This document shows positions 32,101 to 40,786 of a stretch of DNA of 64,000 bases, piece by piece (positions within the stretch are counted from its first letter, which is position 1; each line of letters starts with the position of its first letter). The notes under the pieces are model-generated. The model was not told where the DNA came from, searched no databases, and saw only the letters and a list, made by a program, of their open reading frames with translations. The position numbers and the translations under genes were made by a program. This DNA is from a virus. Taxonomy: Duplodnaviria; Caudoviricetes. The stretch is taken from the IMG/VR virus record IMGVR_UViG_3300009787_000007, positions 22,346-86,345 of that record; one strand, given 5' to 3'.

Positions 32101-32548
32101 CTACATATTCAGTATTAAATACTGCATCAGCAGCTAATCCTATCTTCTTAAATACATCTGATGTTTTCTCTAAGTCAGCTATATTTTCAGATAACTCTTC
32201 ACTACCTGATATGGCTTTAGCAAAAGTTAATCCTTCAGCTACACCACTAAATTCTCTAATAGCTTTCTTACCTTCTATAAAGATTTCTTTAGCTATATCT
32301 AAATTAGTAAATACTGCATATAAACTAGCACCAACTCCTACTAAACTACCTAGTGATTTACCCATAGCAGCAATACTTTTATCTGCTTTCTCTGCTACTC
32401 CAACTATTCCTTTTAAATCACTATCTAATTCTTTAAATCCACTTAGACTTTTCTTAAAACTACCTAAATTATCTTTTAATCCATCAAATTCTTTATTTAA
32501 ATCTAGGAAGAAACTACTTAATGTCTCATTATATACTTTAGCTGTCAT
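26153..32548 (-). CDS. Tail tape measure protein (TP901-family core)
   Basis: 2131 aa helical A/K/L/Q-rich protein. TP901 core YDIASAGF...A.QLF.T.K.G..TLDQL...IG.L...A..LGVDFEDV.AALA.LT.KG...SEA.T...ALF. Follows the chaperone pair. Confidence 0.92.
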   Translation of the reverse strand: MTAKVYNETLSSFFLDLNKEFDGLKDNLGSFKKSLSGFKELDSDLKGIVGVAEKADKSIAAMGKSLGSLVGVGASLYAVFTNLDIAKEIFIEGKKAIREFSGVAEGLTFAKAISGSEELSENIADLEKTSDVFKKIGLAADAVFNTEYVVEWSGKAINAFAKVEQAAYRLSTVTVQGNEQSIDSIDKTIESMRELQKQTNFAVGSVALLNTQYDIASAGFTKQKDTNNVGKASINLSQAGFGNVGGSTNAIVRVLKSLDEGSDQAEKRAAQLFTTTKVGLLTLDQLTGEIGSLSVQAKSLGVDFEDVTAALAGLTLKGVTTSEASTKINALFNEIASGSEEANKYLANFRDSAGKPIQLNASSLKEKGLKGIIDDLKSATGGDTSVIQKLFSTKEAQDAVKLLISLGDDYGQFVDRIKNASTENLSSEAKNRAKTLVGAYEEGINKSQASIEDFGKGFKPDALQGLIQGNKLIEEFADKTATTTGETVGFLTSIATKAKAIGGFLLSATGILGFFAAFKGVGSVLGGVKDSLFGTKDKTNDDGSVTTGKKGLLTGFKKENETIWESVKRNASLAADNIENRFSEAIARIAAKVKELNAEVSQVGSNSEGEASSTPLTYSREDAYKAPYVDRSGRRSALEANSAITTAESVEEEAVKPKFTGKTFTEHLAGANTFFQGRESGIEKVIGEGANQKLGQGISTAARGFDMFKNSAFGLKTAFSAVLATGKEMLLMFAGSAAIIGIVGGAISYVTTVFSSLTQLLDHSTIPELQTMRDTLNDFKDVKGISDIVDDLDPLAGKVTGVNEALDQSIDIVNALGGAWKSVTGQTKVYGVIKDTINDAQGKLTSDIDENLSNSKKGVFGAKTDAGKIAEDKLNNGLDLSSEDKSALEAEQRHRIEEIDARIALQRQKIAAFDSKGDGNKEEGNQLKTDLTTLEKTSEEQKKQLGLQTKQLELKDAVRRLQSLDITIPLNIQLSTDREEAVKAQIKDVTDLFKDGINGVLDKPEAFNNLKNKLDTTFKGIQAEAELDPQSAVKLKEQLENSLGKDNLTKLYKANPELLQGASTTNAAITQGISKNAQNTLTSKTAVLDSASNLGSNSTAIALDKYQSNLTYINELATNLSKELADPATSLARQAEILAQIEELEAKRLSLNADAQIRAELDGRKQTLSVAQELLNLEQIKLGLYSQENKFDLFSMSLSQAKLDAAIKEVAVKKEGLEISSREDEIKKQAIITSLQDKVTRDKNNANTVSNLGDTNLSDKQQSNIKSIQDNTKKKIDSINQEYLSKKKISSDNAYTFDDNQKGADDKAAITDALINISRNSANPQNQKDLERILGKDKADKLNQATIPDKDTESLLFTGNKLNNGKEITNLINRNRLGENYDNPLTKLATGLNLYTPAGSVDNAGKILNDRDQSKLDSDIKAGQNRNKELNIANRNNDDAINKTNINFNKVNQNRDVANYNSDNIKGIIGNSNSSNINSNNINSSNNSKLTTAQQDASNSKFLNELKLFNADYEGAIKVSTLTIENEYAAREKSIKQGELLAQSLGKISGLTDIFGNSVAGAGLELINFQAAKPYERLNKDAEEARKQVGNAQNLREKAVTGLDKLLADAVNSGASKETIAKISDSRNTAIKQRDLGKSEAASDLNSINQNTAIGKVYTQLQEDTLSIKSKYAQREAFSNNSSEVANAYGSFSSGLGSVLNSISPNSSYAAKLNTQAVSAKASADIETRGISKDKQFDLLDERLKGLDQLIEVSKQTGVDPNKIKQLTTTRNDTVKEIGITKDLVNQRNSLQDANDKLSIFSAKLSESSTTIAEQIDILTKESSITKDSIDFQQRQRDLASASNKSGANLQSSFFSFLGKNSPITDILQQRLDVKGVDEDTKLAKAKNTTDAQKEILDLTLQKAQLSLEEQGYENALTQTALLGDVLGTLKGEKTNFSSSDLVQQSIANITQKIQQSRGLNAAKSDLIDQKLNYVPTELDTKNTNLDRDALAKKNNILGSNLLPANFDLIKDNVNGTKKALEDFNYNDYKSPSLSDPEYKAGLDKLKNQIHLVNPSDANSLNKLASSFNANGNANGTVSVQAPISITIPVNGTSSAASDENFQNDLKVFVGKQVNTSLDKLSQALLAAVSK

Positions 32549-32579
32549 TTATATACCTTCTATATAATCTATATAATCT

Positions 32580-33367
32580 CTATTTACCATATAGTAAATC
32601 AACTGATTTATCTTTAATTCTGAATAGATTAAACGGTTTATCTAGATGTAACCAGTTATATTTATTATAAGCTTTTCTATCTAAGAAGTTATTAAAGACA
32701 TTATTTTCTATCTCCTGTATTTCATCTTCAGGATAAGCTTTATTATTACCATTAATATCTATTAACTCTTTACAATCCCAATAATCTAAACTTTTATATA
32801 AATTTAATCCATTTTCAGGATATGCACATAATAAACAATTTAATAGTAATAAACTACCTTTGAAATTATTCTCCTTTAATCTAGGATAATTTAATTCAGT
32901 TAATCTTTTTCTTTCTCTAACTTTTCTTTCTCTAACTTTCTCTTCTCTTGTAATGCTTGATTCGCTATCTTGTTGTATGGCAAAAAATGTAGTTGACTTA
33001 CCTTTGATGCTGATACATCACTAATTTCTCTAGTATTATGGTCTAAAGCACTATTGAAGAATAAAGTAATTAATTGTTCCCAGTTATCCTCTATATCACT
33101 AAACTCTAAATGTTTTTGTTCAGTATTCTTACTAGAAATTATAGGTAATAATGAACATGCAATAGTTAAATCACTTCTAATTTCTGGATCTGTAATTATT
33201 GAACCAAATGCTCCATCTAACTCAATATATTTATTGATTAACCTATCTTGAATTTCTAGTAGTTGATCCATATCAGCTAGTGCTGCTCTACCTATATCTA
33301 CTACTGAACCGTTATCTAGAGTAACTTTTAATGTGTTATAACTTGGTTTTGATTTTACAATAGTCAT
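32580..33367 (-). CDS. Tail assembly chaperone, frameshifted gpGT-like product of about 262 aa
   Basis: The -1 frame has no ATG start and is open from the slippery site at 32987 to TAG at 32582-32580: FFAIQQDSESSITREEKVRERKVRERKRLTELNYPRLKENNFKGSLLLLNCLLCAYPENG...DLLYGK. Confidence 0.8.
32900..33367 (-). CDS. Tail assembly chaperone (gpG-like)
   Basis: 155-aa acidic helical protein upstream of the tape measure, carrying a slippery site near its 3' end. Confidence 0.8.
   Translation of the reverse strand: MTIVKSKPSYNTLKVTLDNGSVVDIGRAALADMDQLLEIQDRLINKYIELDGAFGSIITDPEIRSDLTIACSLLPIISSKNTEQKHLEFSDIEDNWEQLITLFFNSALDHNTREISDVSASKVSQLHFLPYNKIANQALQEKRKLEKEKLEKEKD
32981..32987 (-). other. -1 ribosomal frameshift heptamer T TTT TTG
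   Basis: In-frame X XXY YYZ heptamer (cat ttt ttg); the -1 frame is open downstream for about 134 codons. Confidence 0.8.
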
Positions 33368-33731
33368 CGTATATTTCCTCTGTTCCTATATTTAATAGAA
33401 TATTACCTTCCATAAAAGAATATTTACCTTTATATCCATACATATCTGTATTACTCTCAGTCTTAATTATATTCTCTACTAATACTGTTCCTAACTTATA
33501 TTCAAAATCTAATAAGTAGAAAAATAACTGAAAGTAATTATCTATAATTAATATAGAATCATAATATGAATTAAACTTAAATTCTAATATGTTTTTAGTA
33601 TTCTTAGTTTCATTCTCTATAGTACCATATATAGATAATGGTGCTGGAAATACATAATCATTACTCTCTATATCTCTAGTAAATAAATTACTTACCGCTT
33701 TATACTTCTTTTCAAATATCTCTATAGTCAT
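33336..33731 (-). CDS. Hypothetical protein in the tail operon
   Basis: 131 aa; overlaps the chaperone start by 32 nt. Confidence 0.55.
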   Translation of the reverse strand: MTIEIFEKKYKAVSNLFTRDIESNDYVFPAPLSIYGTIENETKNTKNILEFKFNSYYDSILIIDNYFQLFFYLLDFEYKLGTVLVENIIKTESNTDMYGYKGKYSFMEGNILLNIGTEEIYDDYCKIKTKL

Positions 33732-33768
33732 TATATTTTATATATTTATATATATATATATATATTAA

Positions 33769-33800
33769 AATATCTCTATTCATATAAGAATAGAGATATT
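33769..33800. terminator. Hairpin/possible terminator downstream of the 286-aa gene
   Basis: 13-bp perfect inverted repeat aatatctctattc / gaatagagatatt with a 6-nt loop, next to a 19-nt alternating TA run (33747-33765). Confidence 0.5.
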
Positions 33801-33894
33801 ATAACATTCTACATACGTAGAACTCGTAGGTTAAACCTATATTTATTATATACTATATGCTATACATTATCTACTATATGCTTTGCATTATCTC

Positions 33895-34755
33895 CTAACT
33901 AGGTGAAGGAACTCTAGCATTTAACAGGAATGAATCAATATTAACTGAGAATGTTCCTAATACACCATATGATAATGCTGTGACATCTACTCCATTAAAT
34001 CCACTAATACTACCTAATGCTTTAGTGCCATCTAATGTAGCTGCTGATACACTGAATGTAGCTTTACCACTAGTTGAACTACCAATAGGTACTAATGATA
34101 AACATCCAAACATACCATCTAATGCTCCTGGCAATACAGTTAATGTAGCAAAAGTAATTGTAGTAGCTATTGTAGTGCTAATATCGATTTGATTAGGATT
34201 ACTAGTAGCTGTACTAGGTCTAACTGCTATTACTCTTATAGCTGGTGTAATAGTTAATGTTGCTATTCCATCTGCTGTACAAGCATTAGTTAAATAAATT
34301 CTTCTATTTGTATAATCTATTGTATTTACTTGTGTACTACTTGGAATACCTGTACCACTAATTGCATCTCCTGATTGCATAGGTAAATTACTAGATGTAT
34401 ATGTATGAGGATAAACTATATAATTTAATCCACTAGAAGTATAACAACTAATAGTTGATGTACTAGGTGATGTTAATGAACCTGTAGTTACACTAGTAAT
34501 TATATCTCCTACATATATACCTGAATCGAATACTCCTGCTGTACCTACGCTTGGAGCTAATGCTGTTATAGTGCTTGTACTAGCTACTCCATTTACATTA
34601 GCAATAGTAAAAGTTGGAGCAGCAATACCTGATAAGAAGAAAGGTAAATAATATACATTGCTTATATCCTGTACACCTGTAGGATACATACTCATTGTAT
34701 ATGGTTCTTGTGTAACTGCTCTACCTCTTTCAATTACAACTGAAGTTAATGTCAT
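33895..34755 (-). CDS. Thr/Ser-rich structural protein at the syntenic position of a major tail protein
   Basis: 286 aa between the neck genes and the chaperone. Contains GD.I.GTGIP..T.V..ID....IYLTNA.TA beta-barrel motifs, but no tail-tube signature that I recognise. Confidence 0.35.
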   Translation of the reverse strand: MTLTSVVIERGRAVTQEPYTMSMYPTGVQDISNVYYLPFFLSGIAAPTFTIANVNGVASTSTITALAPSVGTAGVFDSGIYVGDIITSVTTGSLTSPSTSTISCYTSSGLNYIVYPHTYTSSNLPMQSGDAISGTGIPSSTQVNTIDYTNRRIYLTNACTADGIATLTITPAIRVIAVRPSTATSNPNQIDISTTIATTITFATLTVLPGALDGMFGCLSLVPIGSSTSGKATFSVSAATLDGTKALGSISGFNGVDVTALSYGVLGTFSVNIDSFLLNARVPSPS

Positions 34756-34856
34756 ATCTTTATATTATCTTTATTTTATACTTTTAATTAATTGAACTAA
34801 TTTATATATTTTCTAACTATATTAATTTCTTAATCTATATACTTTATATTGTACTA

Positions 34857-35393
34857 CTAATCTGATTCTGCTGGTATTGAATATTCATAAGTATTTGTAA
34901 TAGGACAAGTGTAAACATTAAATACTATATTAGTATATTTATAAACTAATTGATTAGGATCTATCATAGTTTCATATGTAGTTGTTACAGGTTTATCCCA
35001 ATTAATTTGAAATAAATTACATAAATCAGCATTCTTTAATAACCTTTTAATCTCTTGAGCTACATAACTTGATACATAAGCTAACTTAGTTAATTGTGTA
35101 TAAGCTAATACATAACTAACATTTATAGTTACATCTGAATATTGAGCAATGTTATAATTATCTACTTCATTTAACTTATATACTTTTAATACTGGAAAAT
35201 CTAAATTAGGAATAAATATATCGTTAAATGTTCTATATGTTGTAATTATATTTGTACCTAAAGGTGTTAGAAAAGTTGTATTTACTTCATTAAATAAATA
35301 ATTAGCTATAGTTAAACAATCATTATCTATGAAACTAAAATTACTATCATATATAGGTCTAGGTATTACTAAATCTTCATATATATCAGTCAT
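34857..35393 (-). CDS. Putative tail completion/terminator protein
   Basis: 178 aa, position after the adaptor genes; FPVLKVY...V.INV.Y pattern resembles gpU-like folds. Confidence 0.4.
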   Translation of the reverse strand: MTDIYEDLVIPRPIYDSNFSFIDNDCLTIANYLFNEVNTTFLTPLGTNIITTYRTFNDIFIPNLDFPVLKVYKLNEVDNYNIAQYSDVTINVSYVLAYTQLTKLAYVSSYVAQEIKRLLKNADLCNLFQINWDKPVTTTYETMIDPNQLVYKYTNIVFNVYTCPITNTYEYSIPAESD

Positions 35394-35623
35394 TAAACTA
35401 CTATTCCTTTCTTATTTATTCTACTAATATTTGTTATAGGATTTCTATTAACTAAACCATCTAAAGGTTTAGATTTATTTATAGCTGTAGCAACTAACTT
35501 ATTATTTTCATCTATATGAATATCTTTAATCATATTAGGAAATAAATCATTAGCTTGTTTAGTTAGTGAATCAGCTACTAACTTTAATATATCTTTAATA
35601 CTATCATCTTCTAAATTACTCAT
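35393..35623 (-). CDS. Small neck-region hypothetical protein
   Basis: 76 aa; its stop overlaps the next start (TAATG coupling). Confidence 0.55.
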   Translation of the reverse strand: MSNLEDDSIKDILKLVADSLTKQANDLFPNMIKDIHIDENNKLVATAINKSKPLDGLVNRNPITNISRINKKGIVV

Positions 35624-35670
35624 AATTATGTATGGTTATTTATATAACTTATATTGTTTATATTACTTAA

Positions 35671-36360
35671 CTAGAATAATGATTGAAAGAAATCTACATC
35701 AGCATGGTTAGGATAGATAGGTCTTAACCAAGGTCTAGTTCTTACACCTTTAAATACTGGTGGTTCATTAGGATCTGTAACTTGTTTTAAATCTCCTGCA
35801 TTATAGAAACTAGGAGATACATTAGTATTCATTTTAAATAAATCTGTATCTGATAATCCATCTCCATTAAAGTCATATCCTATTAGTGGTTTTAATACTT
35901 CTCCAGGTAAGATTAATGTTTTAACTATCTGTTGTTGTCTATTTTCATCGTTTTGTAAACTTTGAGATTGATTAGTAGCTCCTGGTACAAATATTCCTGT
36001 ACCATCAAATAATACTTGAAATTCATTTAATGCTTGTTGTCTTAATACTGATGCGAAGTTACTTGTATTACTGTTATCTTCCATTTGACTAGGAAAATAA
36101 CTACCATAAACATCTGCTACAATTAACTTCTCTGCAATATTAGATATATAAGGATGACTATTTTGTAAAGGAAATACATATAACATACTAAGATATATAG
36201 TAATCATTTCCTCTATAGGTTCACCAACTATGAATATTAAATCAGTTCCAACTTGTGTTCCTGTTACACCAGTAATTCCATAATCATTTATATTTACTAC
36301 TGTAATTCTTCCAGCTAATCTTTTTATAATTGCATCTAATCTAGCATATTGAAATTCCAT
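35671..36360 (-). CDS. Head-tail adaptor (Mu gp36/DUF1320-like)
   Basis: I..YL...Y.FPL......I..IA..L.V.DVY pattern and position downstream of the capsid gene. Confidence 0.5.
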   Translation of the reverse strand: MEFQYARLDAIIKRLAGRITVVNINDYGITGVTGTQVGTDLIFIVGEPIEEMITIYLSMLYVFPLQNSHPYISNIAEKLIVADVYGSYFPSQMEDNSNTSNFASVLRQQALNEFQVLFDGTGIFVPGATNQSQSLQNDENRQQQIVKTLILPGEVLKPLIGYDFNGDGLSDTDLFKMNTNVSPSFYNAGDLKQVTDPNEPPVFKGVRTRPWLRPIYPNHADVDFFQSLF

Positions 36361-36365
36361 ATTAC

Positions 36366-36938
36366 TTATCTCCCACTAAGATATTTTCCCCATGCTCTGG
36401 CTTCTGCTGAACTAGCTAAGAATGTTCTATATCCTGTTCTTACTTGTCTAGTATTAGCTCTAATTTCATCTGCATTAGTTAAATCTTCTTCTCTCTTTTT
36501 CTTATTATATAAAACACTGAACTGTTCAGGTGTTAATTGCGCTTTTTCTGAATCTAGTAAATCATCTAAATTTAACTTTCTATTAAATATAAATGGTTTT
36601 ACATTATTATTATTATTAGGTTTAGTTATAGTTTCTTTAACTTCTTCTATATCACCATTAGTTGATGTTCCATTACTTTTTTCAGGTAATATTTTAACTT
36701 GTTTTCTATCTAATAATCCAGTTGGTTCTATCTTTACTTCATCTTCTATATCATCACTAAAATTAGCTATATCACACATATACATGAAACTAACTTTAGG
36801 TATACCTATTCTTTTAGTTCCCATAGCTCTAAATTCCTCATTGATTTTACCACCAAATGGTATTCTATTAATCTTTCTTCTTTTACCTCCAGGTGAATAA
36901 TTCCTCCAATTCTGAGGTAATTGATTTACTATATTCAT
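36366..36938 (-). CDS. Basic/polar hypothetical head-region protein with a YMCDIANF linker (F60)
   Basis: 190 aa; basic N-terminal 60 residues end in the shared A-N-F motif. Confidence 0.6.
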   Translation of the reverse strand: MNIVNQLPQNWRNYSPGGKRRKINRIPFGGKINEEFRAMGTKRIGIPKVSFMYMCDIANFSDDIEDEVKIEPTGLLDRKQVKILPEKSNGTSTNGDIEEVKETITKPNNNNNVKPFIFNRKLNLDDLLDSEKAQLTPEQFSVLYNKKKREEDLTNADEIRANTRQVRTGYRTFLASSAEARAWGKYLSGR

Positions 36939-36950
36939 AGTTCAATCCTA

Positions 36951-37448
36951 TTAAATATATTCAATTAAATTAGGTAATAATTTATCATGTTTAAAATCTA
37001 TTGCACAGATATCTATCCATGATTTCTTAGAAATTAATGGACATCTAGAATCTAAATCAATATAAGATATAAAAGGTGTTTTACTTCTCTCTATAATTAC
37101 TTTTTTTGCACTAGTTTTACCTACATACTTAATAGCAGCTAATTCATCTTCTGAACATTCATTAATATAAATCTTTTCTATCTTTACTTCAGTTAGTTCA
37201 GGTAAAATCTCTGTTTCTTTATAATCTAAATTCATATTAAATTTCTGTACAGGCATAGCTATTTCAATATTACTAGCAGTTAAAGCTATTTCTACATCTT
37301 CTAATGTCATTATTGTTTTCATTCTAGCTTCTGCTATATCTATTAAATCCTCTCTATATATTCCTGGTTTAATTATCACTCCATTCATATCTATATACGC
37401 TATATGAATCTTATAATGTCTATACTCTTTATCTTCTTTATTATTCAT
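36951..37448 (-). CDS. ComEA-like helix-hairpin-helix protein
   Basis: IYINECSEDELAAIKYVGKTSAKKVIIERSKTPFISYIDL aligns by eye with the ComEA ININ.AS.EEL..L.GIG...A..II..R...PF.S..DL pattern. Confidence 0.65.
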   Translation of the reverse strand: MNNKEDKEYRHYKIHIAYIDMNGVIIKPGIYREDLIDIAEARMKTIMTLEDVEIALTASNIEIAMPVQKFNMNLDYKETEILPELTEVKIEKIYINECSEDELAAIKYVGKTSAKKVIIERSKTPFISYIDLDSRCPLISKKSWIDICAIDFKHDKLLPNLIEYI

Positions 37449-37467
37449 AACTAAATTTTATTTATAT

Positions 37468-37502
37468 AAAAATAGATAGCATAGATTAACTATACTATCT
37501 AT
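37468..37502 (-). terminator. Intrinsic terminator after the major capsid gene
   Basis: 13-bp stem whose single mismatch is a G-U wobble on the minus-strand RNA, 5-nt loop, followed by a U tract. Confidence 0.65.
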
Positions 37503-37569
37503 ATCATATCACTCTAAACTAAATACTCTAACTCTTACTTCAATTAGTAACTTTTTACTAATATTACTA

Positions 37570-38763
37570 TTAATAATTAGTATATGATTGTCCTGAAAAC
37601 TCGAAGTCTGCAAGATTCTGAGTTGTTTGTAGATTAGCAATTGTTGTTACTTGTCTACAAAATCCTCTCTTAGCTATAGCTGGTGCTGTAATTATCATCA
37701 TTGAAGCTGTAGCTGTAATATCTAATGGAGGTTCTTTCGATTCTTCATATGTTCTTTGATATATTCCTGCTTTACCAGCATTTTCTAATGTTCCACCTAA
37801 TACTCTTTCTGCCATTCCTTTCTTTAAGAATACTACTTTAGATGGGTCTAAGAATCTTACTGGATGATTCATACCATCATTAGCTGTATCTAATGAGAAG
37901 AAATCATCAACTAAAGTAATTGGAGGTAAAAATCTTCTTCTTAATACTTCATTTAATTGATCTACACTTACAGTTCCAGTAATTGTTGAACCAACTGTTA
38001 ATGATGCTACTACAGCTTCTCTAGTTGAATCTTGTCTTAGTAACATATTAAGTAATTGTTCAGACATTGCTATCTCATCTGCTCCAAATCCATTATCGAA
38101 TTTGTAAACATAGTGCATATCTACTAAATCTTGTATACCATTAGCTGTACTAAACTGTGTCCAATCTCTAGTACCAGTTAATGCAGCAGGGAAGTGATTA
38201 TAGATAGCTGTAATAGCTGGTTTCCAATCCATATTAATAGCTAAACCTGTTCTAGTATCACTATATGCCATCGCACCAGTTTGTAATACCTGCCAAGCTA
38301 GATAATCTAGTAAATTAACATGACCTCTTACTAATGATTGAATAGTACCAAAGATCATTTCAGCTAAACTATTATCTTGACCTATAGATATCTTACCTTC
38401 ACCTACACTAATATTCTGTACTGTAATACCTCTAGCTGCTGCAAATTCTTTTACTTCTTTTAATTTCCATTGAATATCTTCAGTCCATTCGTGTTTCAAT
38501 GCTGCTTTGAATAATCTTGTAGCAATTTGATTGAATTGACCTTTTTTAGTTGATGGATATTCAGCACCAAATGAAATTAGAGAAGCAATTGGATCAATTT
38601 GCATTGTAACATATGCTAACCAATCTCTACCTTCTTTAGTCTTCATTGGTACATACTTATCTAATACTTTAGACCTTTCTTTTAATTGTCTTAAAGTATT
38701 ATCAACTACTAGATTCGCTGTTCTAGCTTGTCTCTGTTCTTGTAACCAACTTTCAACGTACAT
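37570..38763 (-). CDS. Major capsid protein (lambda gpE-like, HK97 fold)
   Basis: 397 aa; IASLISFGAEYP...G.F......K......., LAWQVLQTG, LRRRFLP.I..VDD and P..FL....V.F patterns of the Phage_cap_E family; position after the decoration gene. Confidence 0.85.
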   Translation of the reverse strand: MYVESWLQEQRQARTANLVVDNTLRQLKERSKVLDKYVPMKTKEGRDWLAYVTMQIDPIASLISFGAEYPSTKKGQFNQIATRLFKAALKHEWTEDIQWKLKEVKEFAAARGITVQNISVGEGKISIGQDNSLAEMIFGTIQSLVRGHVNLLDYLAWQVLQTGAMAYSDTRTGLAINMDWKPAITAIYNHFPAALTGTRDWTQFSTANGIQDLVDMHYVYKFDNGFGADEIAMSEQLLNMLLRQDSTREAVVASLTVGSTITGTVSVDQLNEVLRRRFLPPITLVDDFFSLDTANDGMNHPVRFLDPSKVVFLKKGMAERVLGGTLENAGKAGIYQRTYEESKEPPLDITATASMMIITAPAIAKRGFCRQVTTIANLQTTQNLADFEFSGQSYTNY

Positions 38764-38950
38764 TTATATATATATTCCTTTTAATTTTTAATTAACTATA
38801 AATTTTATTTATTCTTATTTATTAATTCTATTAATATTTACTTAACTATAATTAAATATATTTTGTATATACTTTTATATACTTAATTATAGTATAAATT
38901 AATTAACTACATATTCAATACTTAATATTCAGTAATTAAACACTTAAATA

Positions 38951-39862
38951 TTACTTATAGAAGTAAGCATTAATATTTAGACCTATAAACATTCTCTTTA
39001 ATTGCATATCAATATAAGGTAAGTTATTTTGATATACACCATCTGCATTAGTAATAGGTGCAATAAATTCTGTAGGAACCATAGTGAAATCTAAAGGTTC
39101 TGAGTAAATACCTAGAATTTTATTGTATTTCAATCCTACTGGAGTATTAATAGGTAATGCTTGTGTTGCATTTCCACTTAATGTAACTACTCTTTGACCA
39201 GCAGTATTAGGACTAGCTATACTTGCAATAGTTCCTAATGGAATTATAGAATCTCCTAAGTAACTATGCTCTGTACTTACAACTACTCCTTGTAATGCAC
39301 CATCAGTTGAATTAGTAGCAATAGAATATGAGTCAATACCATAAAATAGTAATGAACCTGTAATTCCTCTCTGAGTTACTGTAGTCTGACTATCAGTAAA
39401 CATCTGTGTAGCATTAGCTGATACAAATGCAGCAGCAACACTAGCTAATGTAGGACTAGCTGGTACAGTTACACTATATGCAATATTATTAATTGCAATA
39501 GTAATTATGTCTCCAGCAGTTGGTGTACCTTGTAATACTACTTCTGCATAACAAGCTTGAGCATATAATACATCACCTACTTCAAATGAGAATGATGGAG
39601 CATTTAATGTAACACTTGTAGAATTAGTAGCTGTAGCTGCACCTAATCTAGTTCTAGGTAAACATCTAGTAGCGTTACCTGTAGTATTACCTGAAGACAT
39701 TTGTACATTTGCAATAAACATACCTTCAGGTACTAATCTTTGTAGATTTACATCTGGTAATACATCTGCTTGGTATAAAGGCACTGAGAATGGCGCTCTC
39801 ATGCAATTTAAACCGTATAGAATTGGTTTACCGTTAAAAAACTTTTGAATAGTTAAATACAT
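38951..39862 (-). CDS. Head decoration/cement protein with inserted domains
   Basis: 303 aa directly upstream of the capsid gene; LVPEGMFIA...G N-terminus and GIY....D........G.Y...LPY C-terminus typical of gpD-like proteins. Confidence 0.55.
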   Translation of the reverse strand: MYLTIQKFFNGKPILYGLNCMRAPFSVPLYQADVLPDVNLQRLVPEGMFIANVQMSSGNTTGNATRCLPRTRLGAATATNSTSVTLNAPSFSFEVGDVLYAQACYAEVVLQGTPTAGDIITIAINNIAYSVTVPASPTLASVAAAFVSANATQMFTDSQTTVTQRGITGSLLFYGIDSYSIATNSTDGALQGVVVSTEHSYLGDSIIPLGTIASIASPNTAGQRVVTLSGNATQALPINTPVGLKYNKILGIYSEPLDFTMVPTEFIAPITNADGVYQNNLPYIDMQLKRMFIGLNINAYFYK

Positions 39863-39931
39863 TCTGTTATATTTCCTTTTATATATCTTTAATTTTATTC
39901 TCAGTAACTATACTTAATCTTATATTTACTA

Positions 39932-40786
39932 TTAATCAATTAAGTTAAGTGCAAAATTATCTCCAAATATAGCATCGATATCACCTTCAACAGCTTTATC
40001 TAAACTAGCTGAGAATTGAGCTACATTTACATCTTTCTCACTTAATGAATAATCTTTAAATTCTACAAACTGAGAAGCATCATTAATAAACTGTAGAGCA
40101 AATTCAGCAGCAAATAGCATTACATCGATAGGAACATTATGTGTTTCTGCCATCTGTGCAAATCTAGCTACTCTATCATCACTAGCTGAGAAATTACCTA
40201 CTAACATCGCTTTATGTGCTGGAGGTAAAATACCTTCATTTACTAAACTTTCAGCAGCTACATTTAAGTTATTTAGTCTATTTGAAATAGCACTATAAAT
40301 CTCAAAATTAGCTAACTTTTGTTCAATTTCATTGATTCTTTGAAATTCTGCTGTATTCATATTATTTCTGTTATATTGTTCAGTTTGCTTTACTTCTTCT
40401 TCACTTGGATAATGCTTCTCTTCTTCTCCTGTATCTCCTTCACTCATTCCTGCTTCTGGAGATTCAGAATTACCTTTCATTGCTTCATGCTGCTCAATCT
40501 GTTCAATTAATGCTTTCTTATCATCTTGATCTACAGCATCAGCTACATTTACAATTACTTCTAAATCATGTTCATCTGCATCAGGAAAAGCATCTATAAT
40601 AGCAGCTAGTAAATTCTCATCTTCTACTATATGTTTACCTTTTATAATACCAACTACTTCTTCTTCACTTAATCCACTTGTCTGTACTAAAGCTTGTATA
40701 CCTTGATCTATATCTCCACCATACTGAGATTCAATTAGGTCTAATAGTAATTCTCCAAATGGATTGCTAGGATTTAATTCTTCCAT
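39932..40786 (-). CDS. Probable capsid scaffolding protein
   Basis: Very acidic helical 284-aa protein upstream of the decoration and capsid genes; internal TAEF (F148) and LANF (F161). Confidence 0.55.
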   Translation of the reverse strand: MEELNPSNPFGELLLDLIESQYGGDIDQGIQALVQTSGLSEEEVVGIIKGKHIVEDENLLAAIIDAFPDADEHDLEVIVNVADAVDQDDKKALIEQIEQHEAMKGNSESPEAGMSEGDTGEEEKHYPSEEEVKQTEQYNRNNMNTAEFQRINEIEQKLANFEIYSAISNRLNNLNVAAESLVNEGILPPAHKAMLVGNFSASDDRVARFAQMAETHNVPIDVMLFAAEFALQFINDASQFVEFKDYSLSEKDVNVAQFSASLDKAVEGDIDAIFGDNFALNLID

